The notes below the pieces were generated by a model. That model saw only the letters and a program-made list of their open reading frames with translations. It ran no database searches and was not told the DNA's origin. Below are positions 20,301-31,400 of a stretch of 64,000 nucleotides of DNA, piece by piece. A program made the translations under genes and the position numbers. Source of the DNA: Halocafeteria seosinensis (Eukaryota). The DNA lies in contig LVLI01000369.1 of assembly GCA_001687465.1 (NCBI GenBank), forward strand, positions 1 through 64,000, in the 5' to 3' direction. Numbering within the stretch: position 1 is the stretch's first letter; every line of letters starts with the position of its first letter.

Positions 20301-22149
20301 GGTCGTTGATGCAGTACAGCAACAGAAGTAAGCTGCGAAATTCGGCTTCATGAGGGGATTCAAGGCGGTTCATGTTCTGGTATGCCGATTCGGTGGACTC
20401 GTATTTCCCCATGCGGTATGCATTGAGGGCGGCACCATATGCACGCTCGTAGGCATCGTCGTATAGCTCGTCCAGCGTTTTCAACGTATTATTCATTTCG
20501 GTATGGTTCGTGTGCCCCTCACTCTTGTTACCCTGGTAATGAAAGCTGTCGTGTTCACAGAGTTCGTAGGCCGCTAGTGCGTGGTATCGCACTATTCGTT
20601 CGTGCACATCGATGACGAGGGGGTCGTTCCTCCCACCGCGTCTGTAATTTTGGCTTGCAAAGTCACGCCGTATAGCACGCGTACGATCAAGCAAAAATTT
20701 GTGTAGTTCAAAAAACGTGATCGTCGTCTGTGGCACTCGAAACGGGATCAAGTGGACATTGTGGGAAGCCTGAAGTTTATCAGCTTCCAGAATACTTCTC
20801 GAAAACAAATATGATGCGGTGCCAAGTAAAGCTCCAGGATGGCGGATATTCGTGCTATTGTCTCCGGTAGCCCCCTCTTCACCATAGTCACCCCCTGCAC
20901 CTGCCTGTCCCGCCGCAGATCTTTGGAAGCGTGTCACCATCAAATCGCGAAGATGTCTGCCACTTCTCTTACCCATCTCATCCAAAGGCGGAAGCTCAAA
21001 CTTCTGTATGTTGTTCCATTTTACGTTACTTCTTCTACCAACATTTTCTTCATCCCGCGGACACATGTCAAAGCATTCACCGATCCTACCCTCCCCCAGG
21101 AGCGGCCAATGTTTGTACCTTTCGCCGACTTCAAATCTGTATCGTTGGTCAGCCGAGCGAGAATCAATATCGAATTCTTCCTTCATCATCATTTCATCCT
21201 CCGCCCCTTGTTGCCCATCTTCCACGCCTTTTGTGCTCGTTCCATCGACAGTGTCTGTATGGTATGAGTATCCGCCGATGCCTGTAACGGTACCCCATTG
21301 CATAGTATCTCTGCCACCAACTGCCAAACTCCCTGTTTCACTATCTGTTTCCAGGGCTGCCGCAGCAGACGTACGTTGAGAATTACTATCTTCCATTGTC
21401 GGCATCAGGGCAGTTTTCCGGGAGCCATGGCGTTTCTCTGCTTGCATCTCCCCTCTGTTGGTACTCCCGTCTCTCTTAACTGCACCGCACTGCTGTTGGG
21501 TTTCCACGGCACTCTGGTTTTTGATAGACGGCTGTACATTATTTGTCACCCCCGACCGGTCGGTTCCTATTGACCAGCCTGAATTCTTTTCTCTCGTCTG
21601 TTGGCCACTAGTGTTGACCATTTCGAAGGAAGATGCCTGTTTCCAAACCTTGAAAGGATTGCTGTTAGAGGAATCCTGAGGAGCGCTCGTCGTGGTGGGC
21701 ACTGTGCTCTCAACACTACCATCCCAGGGAGGTCTGGACCACGTCGATTGGCTCCAACTGCGAAACGAAGATGTCTCTTCCCCTCCTCTTCCTCTTCCAA
21801 ACACTTGCATAATGTCGTTACCCTGTTTGCTAGCAACATTACTCGCCTCGTTCGAGTTGTTGTTGGCGAATGGTGTAGCTGGTGCCCATGGCCCAAAAGT
21901 CTTTGATGTATTCCTAGCACCTTGTGAAGAAGTCCATGCCTGGGAAGGGCCAAAAATGGACGCTGCTGTGGGTCCACTACCTTGTCCGGTAGTGAAACTG
22001 CTCGTATAGCAGTTCGAAGAGGATGGGGCGGTATTCCTGGAGGCAGAAGAAGAGGGAGGAGCACCGAAGATGGCAGCCAAATGGGAGCTCGTTCCTCCAC
22101 CACTATCACCGCCTTCATTGCGTTCTTTCCTTTGTCCAAACTGGTACAT
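17332..22149 (-). CDS. SAC3: SAC3/GANP family mRNA-export (TREX-2) scaffold
   Basis: GECFDMCP, FQRSAAG, FLLDRTRAIRRDFASQ, HERIVRYH and EAEFRS motifs of the SAC3_GANP domain; FG-like Ser/Gly-rich N-terminus. Confidence 0.85.
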   Translation of the reverse strand: MYQFGQRKERNEGGDSGGGTSSHLAAIFGAPPSSSASRNTAPSSSNCYTSSFTTGQGSGPTAASIFGPSQAWTSSQGARNTSKTFGPWAPATPFANNNSNEASNVASKQGNDIMQVFGRGRGGEETSSFRSWSQSTWSRPPWDGSVESTVPTTTSAPQDSSNSNPFKVWKQASSFEMVNTSGQQTREKNSGWSIGTDRSGVTNNVQPSIKNQSAVETQQQCGAVKRDGSTNRGEMQAEKRHGSRKTALMPTMEDSNSQRTSAAAALETDSETGSLAVGGRDTMQWGTVTGIGGYSYHTDTVDGTSTKGVEDGQQGAEDEMMMKEEFDIDSRSADQRYRFEVGERYKHWPLLGEGRIGECFDMCPRDEENVGRRSNVKWNNIQKFELPPLDEMGKRSGRHLRDLMVTRFQRSAAGQAGAGGDYGEEGATGDNSTNIRHPGALLGTASYLFSRSILEADKLQASHNVHLIPFRVPQTTITFFELHKFLLDRTRAIRRDFASQNYRRGGRNDPLVIDVHERIVRYHALAAYELCEHDSFHYQGNKSEGHTNHTEMNNTLKTLDELYDDAYERAYGAALNAYRMGKYESTESAYQNMNRLESPHEAEFRSLLLLLYCINDPESHALNILKKLPERILSSKEIKLAIRALRAASTRRLHEFVRLMKRASPLQAIFMQRSFRTLQRRVLMDIDGMVGAHNQKNKTTIYVKMDDLKKMLCPASTNEIVEILKEQEFDNYEVTEGEIQFFPLKQSTVEKTRASRNIKLPHLLPHVHRALEDRSAFVNADKWCETQMGVIYGDSRSTITPSLTSSSSWSPQIPSKTTSTSVAKEKDSSTYFYPRTVSASEQSFSATGSQDTPSISRPKWDTPLKLSVDASPFVPAQSKAVTLPVSLTSRTSKVSAPTTVNIGDTKYTSTDVSTVYADIKNTMNNIGMIPSNEVITSARATTTSSSSSIGMMDVSGAPSSRRSAAHDTKEFRFEMQTQTSTGVAEEYGASTSFTAIPSVVNSSTNTIISGDALIKQGSTSDDKSRSKPSGTESSKEKIFTTEDNKYSEVSSTDVPSNVFETVTGSSGNDAGSDDDYFRWDDEPDSGETASVVSEEEEQLFPRCEIFEVDKHKMEEAILVKYQQAGFTSAFTATFSHSTARMDWGHCLKDTPRGFSLGIIETFASPTEDNSSYLHFSRSLGHFVVLGSMDQRLKNEGTVIELEYGRSIHFYGDGGLSIGHHDRFLRLVNFILHDRLPYDQWKGAMCDALQGILESAAREDTWIVFCCWRFDLCNLSVEKLSKLIKEVCEYVSGPIVAGIVDVGSVSERETVAASLQLKSLVEESTRDERPRWYDEATEGVSLFRLVELSIDSFFDSLNDGSLRSIVALWNVYVEALFNQLGSADNLTAERLCGLRLPMLGSSHGIASYCAQTILEKLSKFDDAAWRAVRSFAADLTINEIHAVLERECPDSLQYWAPISEVLSEWSSQKHKNTAFPAQVVSCSLRQLVCLHCDKDNWDLLVTGIPLLRAYHAMLHAVHQCQECRPEVPQKRRETSMTSSHSSRKKSKTAVSENDERDLPNPTIGCSRVKKSVVGREISPQLQRLQELLAQESAEASRFDTIVNSNC

Positions 22150-22478
22150 CGCCACACGTTTCTCTTGCAGCTACTCTCGCCTCTGTCGAACAGCCCTCGA
22201 ATAGAGCATGATAAGGGGCAAAATGACGCCAGCAAAGAGAATAATGCAGCCAACGAACCACCGAATTAAGGACACTGAGCCCGTCAATTCACTCATATTT
22301 CATCAAAGAAACCAATCATTCGTAAGAAACCATGCACACATGTGCTCCGTGATCTACTCTACATCCGACAATGCATAACATTGGCAACACTGGTGTATAC
22401 AGCCTGCCATTCATGTCACACGAAAATACATACACATGGGTGAAAGTTTTGTTTGGCGTGTATTGTTTGGAGAATTGA

Positions 22479-25400
22479 TCACTGGGGCGGCATCGGAGGC
22501 GCATTCAGCAAGATGGTGCAGACACCTGTATCATCTTGTATTTTATTCAAAACAGACAGCAGAAAATGACAGGGAGACTTCCAATGGCCGGGCATCGAAT
22601 TCTTGATCGTCGCATGAGGGTTCATACGGCTATCTTTCTGACCGCGGCTTAGATTGCGGTTACACTCTTCAATGCTTTTCTGTAACTCCTTCCACGCTTC
22701 AGACAACCTCTTCGCCACCGTCTTGATTGCTTCACTCCCACCAATCACGCAGACTATGCTAGCTGCGGCGCAGCGAGTGCTGGTCAAAATATCGAGTGCC
22801 TCCGAAGACTCCAAAATATCCGCAAAGTGAAGCAAAATAACTGGCCATGCCTTTACCGAAGAGCGGTTACCTTCTCGCACCATTAACTGCAGGTCTTCAC
22901 TTTCCATACCAAACTTATTTGCTATTAATGAAGGCAAATGGTGATGACTCTGGTGGGATTCTGTATTTACTTGTACGTGCTCGATCCCCGAGTATTTCTG
23001 GAGCTGCAGTTCATGCACTTGAAGGTATTGCATTGGAAAATGCCCAGAATGCAGAAGCCGGCGGGCTGAATAAAGAGGGTCAATCAGCGACTCTTTTGGC
23101 CATGCAGCAGGAACGCGTCGAGAACACCGGGCATCCATTATGCCATTAATTGGAAACTGGGCTTCCTCCATTGATATACCCGGTCGAACCGGAGCATCTC
23201 GTCTTGACATTTCCGACCGATTTGGTAGCCTTGACGACCAAATTCCAAGTATATCCGAAAGCGCCGGAACAGACGGTATGGACCATAGCACACTTCTGTG
23301 GGAACGGTTTACCGAGTTCAATCCATAAAACACTGAGGCTCCTCTTCTCACCGTTTCAAGCTCCACCAAATCGCGCATATTGGAAGCTCTTGAGCTGGAG
23401 CGACCAGCAGACAAAATGCACACGTTCAAAGGATTCGATAGTCTAATCGTTGGACCTAAGACTTTGGATGCGCGTTTTCTCGGGAATTGATAAGAGCCAG
23501 GCGGTAGCGAACTCGATAACTGTACCAATTGCCACAACGAGCGACTCCTGGAGAAGAACACTAGACCATAATCACCACGAGGATTCGACGGATCCGAGCT
23601 CCTGTTCCCTTTAATCGCTGCCGCCACCGCGGCGGCAGTTCCTTCTTCTACACTTCCTTGTTCTTGGGTCAAACTAACATTCTCTTGTTCTGCAAGAGCT
23701 GGCTTTTCAATTTTATTGACCCCGAAACTGAACATATTTTCCCATGGCATAACAGCTGACGTGGCAGAAGGAATAATTAAAATTGGGGCGGATGGTATTC
23801 TACTCTTCTCCTCATTACCACTAGACTTTCCGAACAGTGTTCTTACAAAACGGGTAAATCCACGAATATGATGCATTTCCTTTTCTCGTCTGGGTGCTCC
23901 AGTCATCTCCTTCTTCTTAGACAACTGCTGTAACAAAAAGAATACTACCATGTACGGGGTATTCATGGTCAAGTTTAACTGCTTTACGACCTTGTCCATC
24001 CATCGTGGGCTTCTCATGCCTAGGATCTGGTCATTTTGGGTTTTCGAGCCACCAATGCCAGCCAATTGAGTAGCAGCGGTTAATCCTCCCTTGACAGCAT
24101 CCAGGCCACCAATACCGGCTGCCTTCAGCCAGAATTGCCACAAACCGGAACTCAGAACGTCGGGCTCATCTTTTTCTTTTGACGGATAGACTCTCTTCGC
24201 AACTTCCGATACTACGGCGAAGAACACCCTCTGTGTTTCTGTTTCCTTGTCAGAAGCCTCTTCAGCTTCCATCGGAGCCTGAGGGTGTTGCATGCATTTA
24301 TCAAACATTGTGCGATCCAGCTTAGGCACTTCCGTTGTGCGCGAAGGTTTGGGACCGACACTACAGATGTGAGGATTGCTCTCGGAAAATGGTGCGAATA
24401 CGCACACAGTTTCGTAGTAAGGAAAATGAAGGCAGTAACAAGCGCGTTTTAGTTGCAACAAGCAAGTTTGAAGAAGAGGATTCGACTCAATTCCCGATTC
24501 GGCAGCCTTCACTAACGCTTCGTAACTCGCAGTAGACAGTGCCAAACTATCTTCCCCCAAAGCAGTTCTCATCCTGTCCATCTCGTGTCGTATGCAACCA
24601 GACCGTTGCAGCATCTCTGCTCTAATGTTTTGAAACGTGGGAGACCAGTCGACCGGGGAAGCTATCATGAGATAGCTACTAAGCTTGGCATCCATTCGGC
24701 TCCACAAGTCTCCGATATTTCTCAAGTGCCGCTGCATCCATAACCAATCCTGACTATTTCCTAAAGAAAGTGGTGTGGCAGTGGGACCAAAACAAGGCTG
24801 TACAAGTGACGTTGCCATAAACGGAGAGTCAGCGTTGTTTTCCTCAGCAAAATAACTGGATGCAGCTTTGACAGAGGTATGTGATAACCAAGAATTCGCC
24901 TGATACCGCAGAAGTACGAAGAGCTTCGAGAGCAGTTTTTCTCGTAAGCAAGCAAGCGACATACTTCCTGAGTGACCACTCTCATGAGTCAAACAACTAC
25001 CGGAGACTGAAGATCGCTCTTGGGTCTGCGAACTGGGAGCACGTGACCCCTCTCCTTGCGGAGAATCCTTCTCACGTCCATCAAGTTCTTTGGAAGCGTC
25101 CATATCGTTCTCCGTCACTCCACTCACTGCGTGCGAACTCGCCCTTCGGGAGCGCGGGGGAACATGCGATAGAGGTTTCGCTAAAGATGGATCCAATTTC
25201 TCCAGGTTCCCGGTGACTTCAGTCTTGTCCTGCTCTGGTGTAGTTGGCAATCTTTTTCCGCGCAGGCCAACGTTCCGTGTAGTCAACTGTGTGAAGTCAT
25301 TTCTAGATCCACAAGTCTCAGTTATTCGCCTACTCAAATTCGAACGACGCTTCGGGAGGTCTGCAGCACCTCTCGGGGGGTAAGTGCTGAATTTCCCCCT

Positions 25401-28400
25401 TTGAATGCGTAATCTTTCCGCGGCGTTGGAAGGTCTTGCTCCCTTGCTCAAGGCTAACCCGTGACCGGTGTTGGGGAAGTGCTGAAGCTCCTCCACATAG
25501 GAGTGGGCTCCTTCAGTATTTTTTTGCTCTGTCGAATTGTCTTCTTCCCCACGGCTAGACGTCGATCCCATGACTGTGTCTGTATTTGTTCCGGAAGTCG
25601 CTGAAGAAACAGGATTGGATCCGGTTGACCTTTTATCGTTCGCTCCGTGAGAATCGTCTCGACGATATTGATTCTCCATTCCGGCAAACTTTAGCAGATA
25701 ATCCTTCATCGAGTTGTCTACAGTGGGACTTGGATCTTCCACCATTGTTGGTGTTGCTGAAGGAAGGTACTGCTGCTTTGGCAACCGCAGATAAACTAAT
25801 GGCCGCCTTTCCTCCTCCTTACTTCCCAAGGCCAACTCAGTACTGGCGACATCTAGGACCGCATTTTGAACGGCGTATACTAGACGTATTAGGTCTTCAC
25901 TAATCTTCTCCGCCTGAGATCGAGCAACGATTATGCTTTCATGCAGCGGGCTCTCTGTTTCCTTGCGATCAGGAGACAAAGGCAGTGAAGGGTGACCTTC
26001 GCTCTCAGTTCTACCAGTGACGGTATTTCCTGCCATGAGAGGATTTAGGGACGCAGTGGATGTTCGGTCTAACCGCCTGCCCCAATGAAACCGTTGAATA
26101 CCAACAATTTCGGAACTCTTCCACACAGAAAATGCGTTATATTGATCTTCACCGGTGAGGTTGCTGCTGAACGACTGGGACACCCCCTTCTGTAGGAGCG
26201 AAAACGCATCTTCCCAAGCACGAGCTCCTTTCCGACCGGAATCCGGTACAGCATCTGGAGTAAACACCGATAGGTAAGGCTGAATCAAACGCGACAACGT
26301 CACTCGCTCTGCACGAGGCACTGAGTCTTCCCTCGTCTCCAAAGATGATGTCTTAGCATGCCCTCGAACAGAGTTCATATCAGAAGCAACTGGAATCGAC
26401 TCCGAGAATTCCGTTGCTGGATGGAAGAACTTCGAAGTGAAATAGTTCGAAACAGCAATCGGTAATGGGGGTACGATTTCCGAGCACTTAGTTTCGCTCA
26501 TCCTTTTGAAGATCCGAGAAGCACGAACGTACGCATCAAGAACAAAGATATACTGGTTAATCAGTTTAGCGTCTCGGCAGGAGCAAAGCCACCGTGTTAT
26601 TCGCGACAGCATTTCTTCAACCCATTTTGCTTCAACGACGTCCCCAAAGCAAAAGGGGACAATGATATTTCCAGCAACAAACATTTGCCAGAAAACACGC
26701 ACCGATTCAATCCAGAATGCTGTTGCCCGAATTCTTTGTCCTGCCATCAGTAGCTCAGAGTAAGCGAGCGACGACCTCAATGATAACCTCAAAGCCCCCA
26801 GACTCTGACTGACCTTCATCACGGAATCAACTAAATGCACTGCCCGGTCTTCGGATCCAACACACAGTCGGCACAAACTTGAAGGTATTTGTTCTTGCTC
26901 CCCGGTGCGGGTGCGGCTGTCATTAACAAATGTAGCATTGAGGTGCCAACGTTGATAAAGTATTGAAACTAGACTCAAGGGTTGTTCGTTATCACCCGCC
27001 TTCTCATCGAGATAACACTGTTGCAGAACTTTGTCCAGTGAGTCAAACAGCTCGTATTGATTCGAAGCGGCCGGTAAGACGGACCGCTTTCCCAGTTTCC
27101 ACTCTGTGGTTGCTTCGATAACACCCATGTGGTTTCTGGACGTCCCAAGATGGTCGCCAAGTATATTTAACATTTGAGCAGCGGTTTCGAAAGATGAGAC
27201 GGCTGCGCGGTAAAAACACCAAGACCCACAGAAGATATCACCACTCCATCCTGCAGCAAGGACGTCATGAAAGCATAGTGGGGATACAACGGTCGGCCCC
27301 CGTTCGACAAGATCCGTTACCCAGTATATCTCCTGACGAATGCGAGTATCTTGGGTCATTGACAAAAACGCCTTTGGTTGATCAAAAAGCCGTTTCTGCA
27401 AAATGCTGACTTTGAGCGCGTCATGTGCTGCGTTTGGTATCTCTAAGAAGGCACTATGGTGATTCACAGAGTCCCCTCCCCCTTTCGCCTTGTACCATGT
27501 ACTCGGGCAGCGAAGAAGCCGCAACAGGATATGGCCACGTAATTCCATGAGGCTAGCTACGGATTGAAGCCATACTCTCAGTGTAGCAAACACTGAAGAG
27601 TCGTTTTCTAGACACTCCGCCACCCGAGATGCCGCGTGCGATAAACGAGTAAGGAACGAAGCTCCTTCCAATTCTTGATCAAAGTGACGCAGGAAGCTGT
27701 TAGTATCTTTGAGACATAGGTGGGGAGGAAACCTATCTAGCACCTGGATTAAGCGAGACACCGACCGAAGTGCGGCCCTATAGCATCCCGCAGCAAAGAG
27801 GTTCTTGACGTATAGCTTGGCCATCCTAAATGTATCCGTCTCAAGATACACTTGGTCCCCTGTTTGCAAAGATTGCGTAGCGCGAAGCCCTAAGACTGGA
27901 CACCATTCATCACTGCTAATATCTTTTGATCTGACCGGGCAAATGTACACGTAGTTGGCCTTCCTCTCCGATGACAGTAAGGGCAGAAACGGAAACACAT
28001 GATTCAATACAGTCGCACAGTCAGCGTGGGCACTGCAGCGATAGTATCCTTCAGCTAGCATCGCTGAGATCTTGCTAATATGTGAAAAGCGCAACTGCGT
28101 CACGTTTGCCACAGTTTCAATAACTTCCCTTCGCGTGGATTCTCCTGTAGAGCGATAGAGAAGCTGATTGCTAATAGAGGACACACCAAGAGGATCCGGG
28201 AGTATCGGCATGAACGGCAGCAATACGTCGATAGTAAATTTTGGCTCGTATGAAGCCAGGGATAATTTCGCCAGTAAAAGCGCAAGCTGGACTAAGCTCT
28301 CCCGTGGCAGCCACGCAACGTTCTTCCCTTGTTGGTTACTCCCCCAGACACATTCAGCGCTTGGAGGGAGGAAATCGTCAACAAAACCTTTTTGTAGGAC

Positions 28401-31400
28401 AAAATTCATCGCAGTTGCATCATTTGTGTCCACTGTCGTTAGATTGCTTCGTATACGAGTTAGATGAGATATGGCCCTAAATAGCCAACCAGGGATGTCA
28501 ACTTCCCTGAGAATATCAACATCACTCGCTCCTCCAGATCCGCAAGAGGAACTGCGCAAATTTGCGTGGTTTTCGAGACCTTTGAATTTCCTCAAACTCT
28601 CCTGGATGATGATCTGTGACAGGACTTCCATCTCCGGTGTGTTGCCGTAACCTGCAAATGGTAACTCCCCCGAAGTGGGCGCACGAACGCCACTACCCTC
28701 TTGCAAACGCAGTCCAGGTATAATCGCCATTAAGAGAGAGTTTGATTCTTCGACAGTGGTGACACGGTTTGTCACCCCCTTAGCGTGAAGAACTAAGAGC
28801 CCATGCATTAAAATAGTACGAGCCACGCTAGGCCTCGTTGACAGCCCAATTTTCCCCACTTTAATCAATATTTGAAACAGGCGAACCGCACTCTTAGTAG
28901 GGTCCCGCATAGCCAACCACGCTGCTGAGCAGATATACCCAAACGCCCTCCCCTGCATAGACGCCTTTTCATAATCACCGGCCAGCTGCTCCAAAATAGA
29001 GATCAGCTCATCTGCAGGGATAGAAGGGTCACGTTGCGTTGTGTCCTGGAGTAGCTTCAGACGAAACCAGAGACTACGGCACTCTCCAGCTACCTCAGCG
29101 GACACGAGATGTCGTGCAATTCCCGCTGAGGTTCTAGTATTCTGCATAGATCCAACGTCTTGCAAGCCGGAAATATTGCCCAGTCCAGACTCGAAGTGGT
29201 AGCACAGAAGTCCAATGACATCTCTTCCGCGCTCCGTTTCGAGCAGAGTTGGAACGTAAGTGGTTCGCGTACCCAAAAGAAGAGAAATTGCATCTGCATC
29301 GCCAAGCGCTCCTGCACTGCGTTGTCCTGCCCCTAGGGCGTAATGATGTGTCACTAGCTCGCTAAAAGGAGCGACTTGCGCAAGCATTAATGCCTCAACT
29401 AAAGCACCTCTTGAATAAAGAGCGTCGCCGTATACACCGTGAGCAATTGTTGGCGGTGCCGAAGAGAAGTCTTTTGGGGCACCTAGACTGTCCTGTGCGC
29501 CCGCTGCGGAACATACCGAAGAAAGCAGACCTGGTACCAGACGCTGGAGAACCTCGTATATTCGGCTAGCTTCCTCATCCTGCAACCCTCGTTTACGAAG
29601 CCAGGAGGTTGCCCCCACAACAGTCTTGAGCCGCTGCATTCGCGATAATGAATGATGAAGACCTACCAATAACCATACAACATCCTCCATCACTGCCGCC
29701 GTGGAGTTGACGACTGCAGCACATATTGACTCGGAGTTCCAGTCGACATCCATTTGAGTCCCGCTACCCTTAAACACTGGACGAACCTGTATATGGAAGG
29801 ATAGTTGGCTCACCATGATCTCAGCACTGTGTGAACCAGAGAAATCCGTCACATCAGGGGCGTGGATCTCTGCCAACTCTGACAGCAAGCACGCAACGAT
29901 TGCAAACGGTGCCCTCGAACTTATCAGGAAAGAAGAACTTAACTCGTCAATGCCAACTGCACGAAACTTTGGAAGAAGAGGTGTACAACGATTGTCCCCT
30001 TTTCTATTATCCTTGACGGGCCCATCTCTTTTAAGTGACGCGCGAGCATGAATGGCACGAGCAAGCGGATGACGAATTACCGAACACAGAGCTTGGGACT
30101 CTGAAAACGTAGCCCTCTGATGACGATGCGGTTCAAGAAACCCACACCATGAATGTGGTATGGGTTGATTGTCATCGACGCAAGCTCTTGCCGGGAGGAT
30201 CGGGTTGCCATCAATACCCCATTGAGAAGTACTGACAGGATGAAATACATTGAAGAAGGTCGCCTCCTGTTGGTCCTGCCACATACACCCAGAGAGCAGA
30301 AAAATATCTGTCTCGTCCAGGAAACATGAGCTAACAGCGTGCCGAAGGCAAGCTTCAAAACTAGTCGAGGAGGTCAGTTGATCACTTTGCTCACGAAATC
30401 CATCGACAAGAGTATCCGACAACAACTGCCGATAAGTTAATGGTGATCGGCCATTACACAACTCAGCGCATAGATTACTTAGATTCATTCGAAAATGCCC
30501 AACGCATCGTTGACCGCAGCTACGCTGAAAGGAGGCGGCAAATTCCTTCACTAGTCGTCGTATATGCTCAACATGTGAAGCCAACGATAAGCGGTAGGCC
30601 TTATGAAGGAAGGCGCCGATTGCTCCGTCACATCCGAAAAGGGTATTTACGGATCTTAGAGCAGTTAATGTACTCTCTGTCCGCACTTTCTCTTGCAGAA
30701 CGCTCGCCCTTGCTAATGTTGTATAGCTGTGCTGGACATAGCATCTGTCAGTCGGTTCTCCATCCGCACGCACATAAAATCGATCCAAGATCACCGGAAT
30801 GACAGCCAATAAAACCATATCGTTCAGGGCGACTTGAAGGCATTGATTTGCCATTGACGCCATTGCCGACCTAATCCAGACTTGCGCTGTGTCCTCCGGA
30901 GCCATTCCACTAGCAAAAACGGATCGACGGATACTGTCGCTAACGAGAGGATCCTCCATAGCCACCCTCATCCATTTGCGGAACGAGAGCTTTCGCGCTA
31001 GGTCAGTTAGACTACCCTCTCCCGTATTATCTGGTTCCCCACTGCGTCCTCCTTGTGTGGTACCCTTTCTTCTTGAGGAGCCATTCTCTCTGCTTCTGCG
31101 AAGCTTCCTGCGCTGATTTTGTTTCGATTCTAGCCGTACAGCTGATCCTTCCTGAAACCGCCATGAAGTATAATGCAATTCTTTCCTTCTCTGTCTCTTT
31201 CTACGTCTAAACGCTCTCATCTCGCCCCATAAACTATAATCTACGCCTCCATTTTGAGCATATTGGCCGGTGTCTCCCCCTTTGGCAGGCGCTCTGACAC
31301 CTCTCTTAAGTTTATCCAGGAAAGCGCGCCCCTTTGTCTTTCCTCGTTTACTTTCCTGAAACTTTCCTTCTCCAGTCTGTTTGGTACCGTTTGCGTCCCT

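Noticed and set aside
21567..22253. 228-aa alternative-frame ORF overlapping the SAC3 5' end, and the many antisense ORFs inside long genes
   Set aside because: Shadow frames of low-complexity or codon-biased coding sequence, with no domain signatures.
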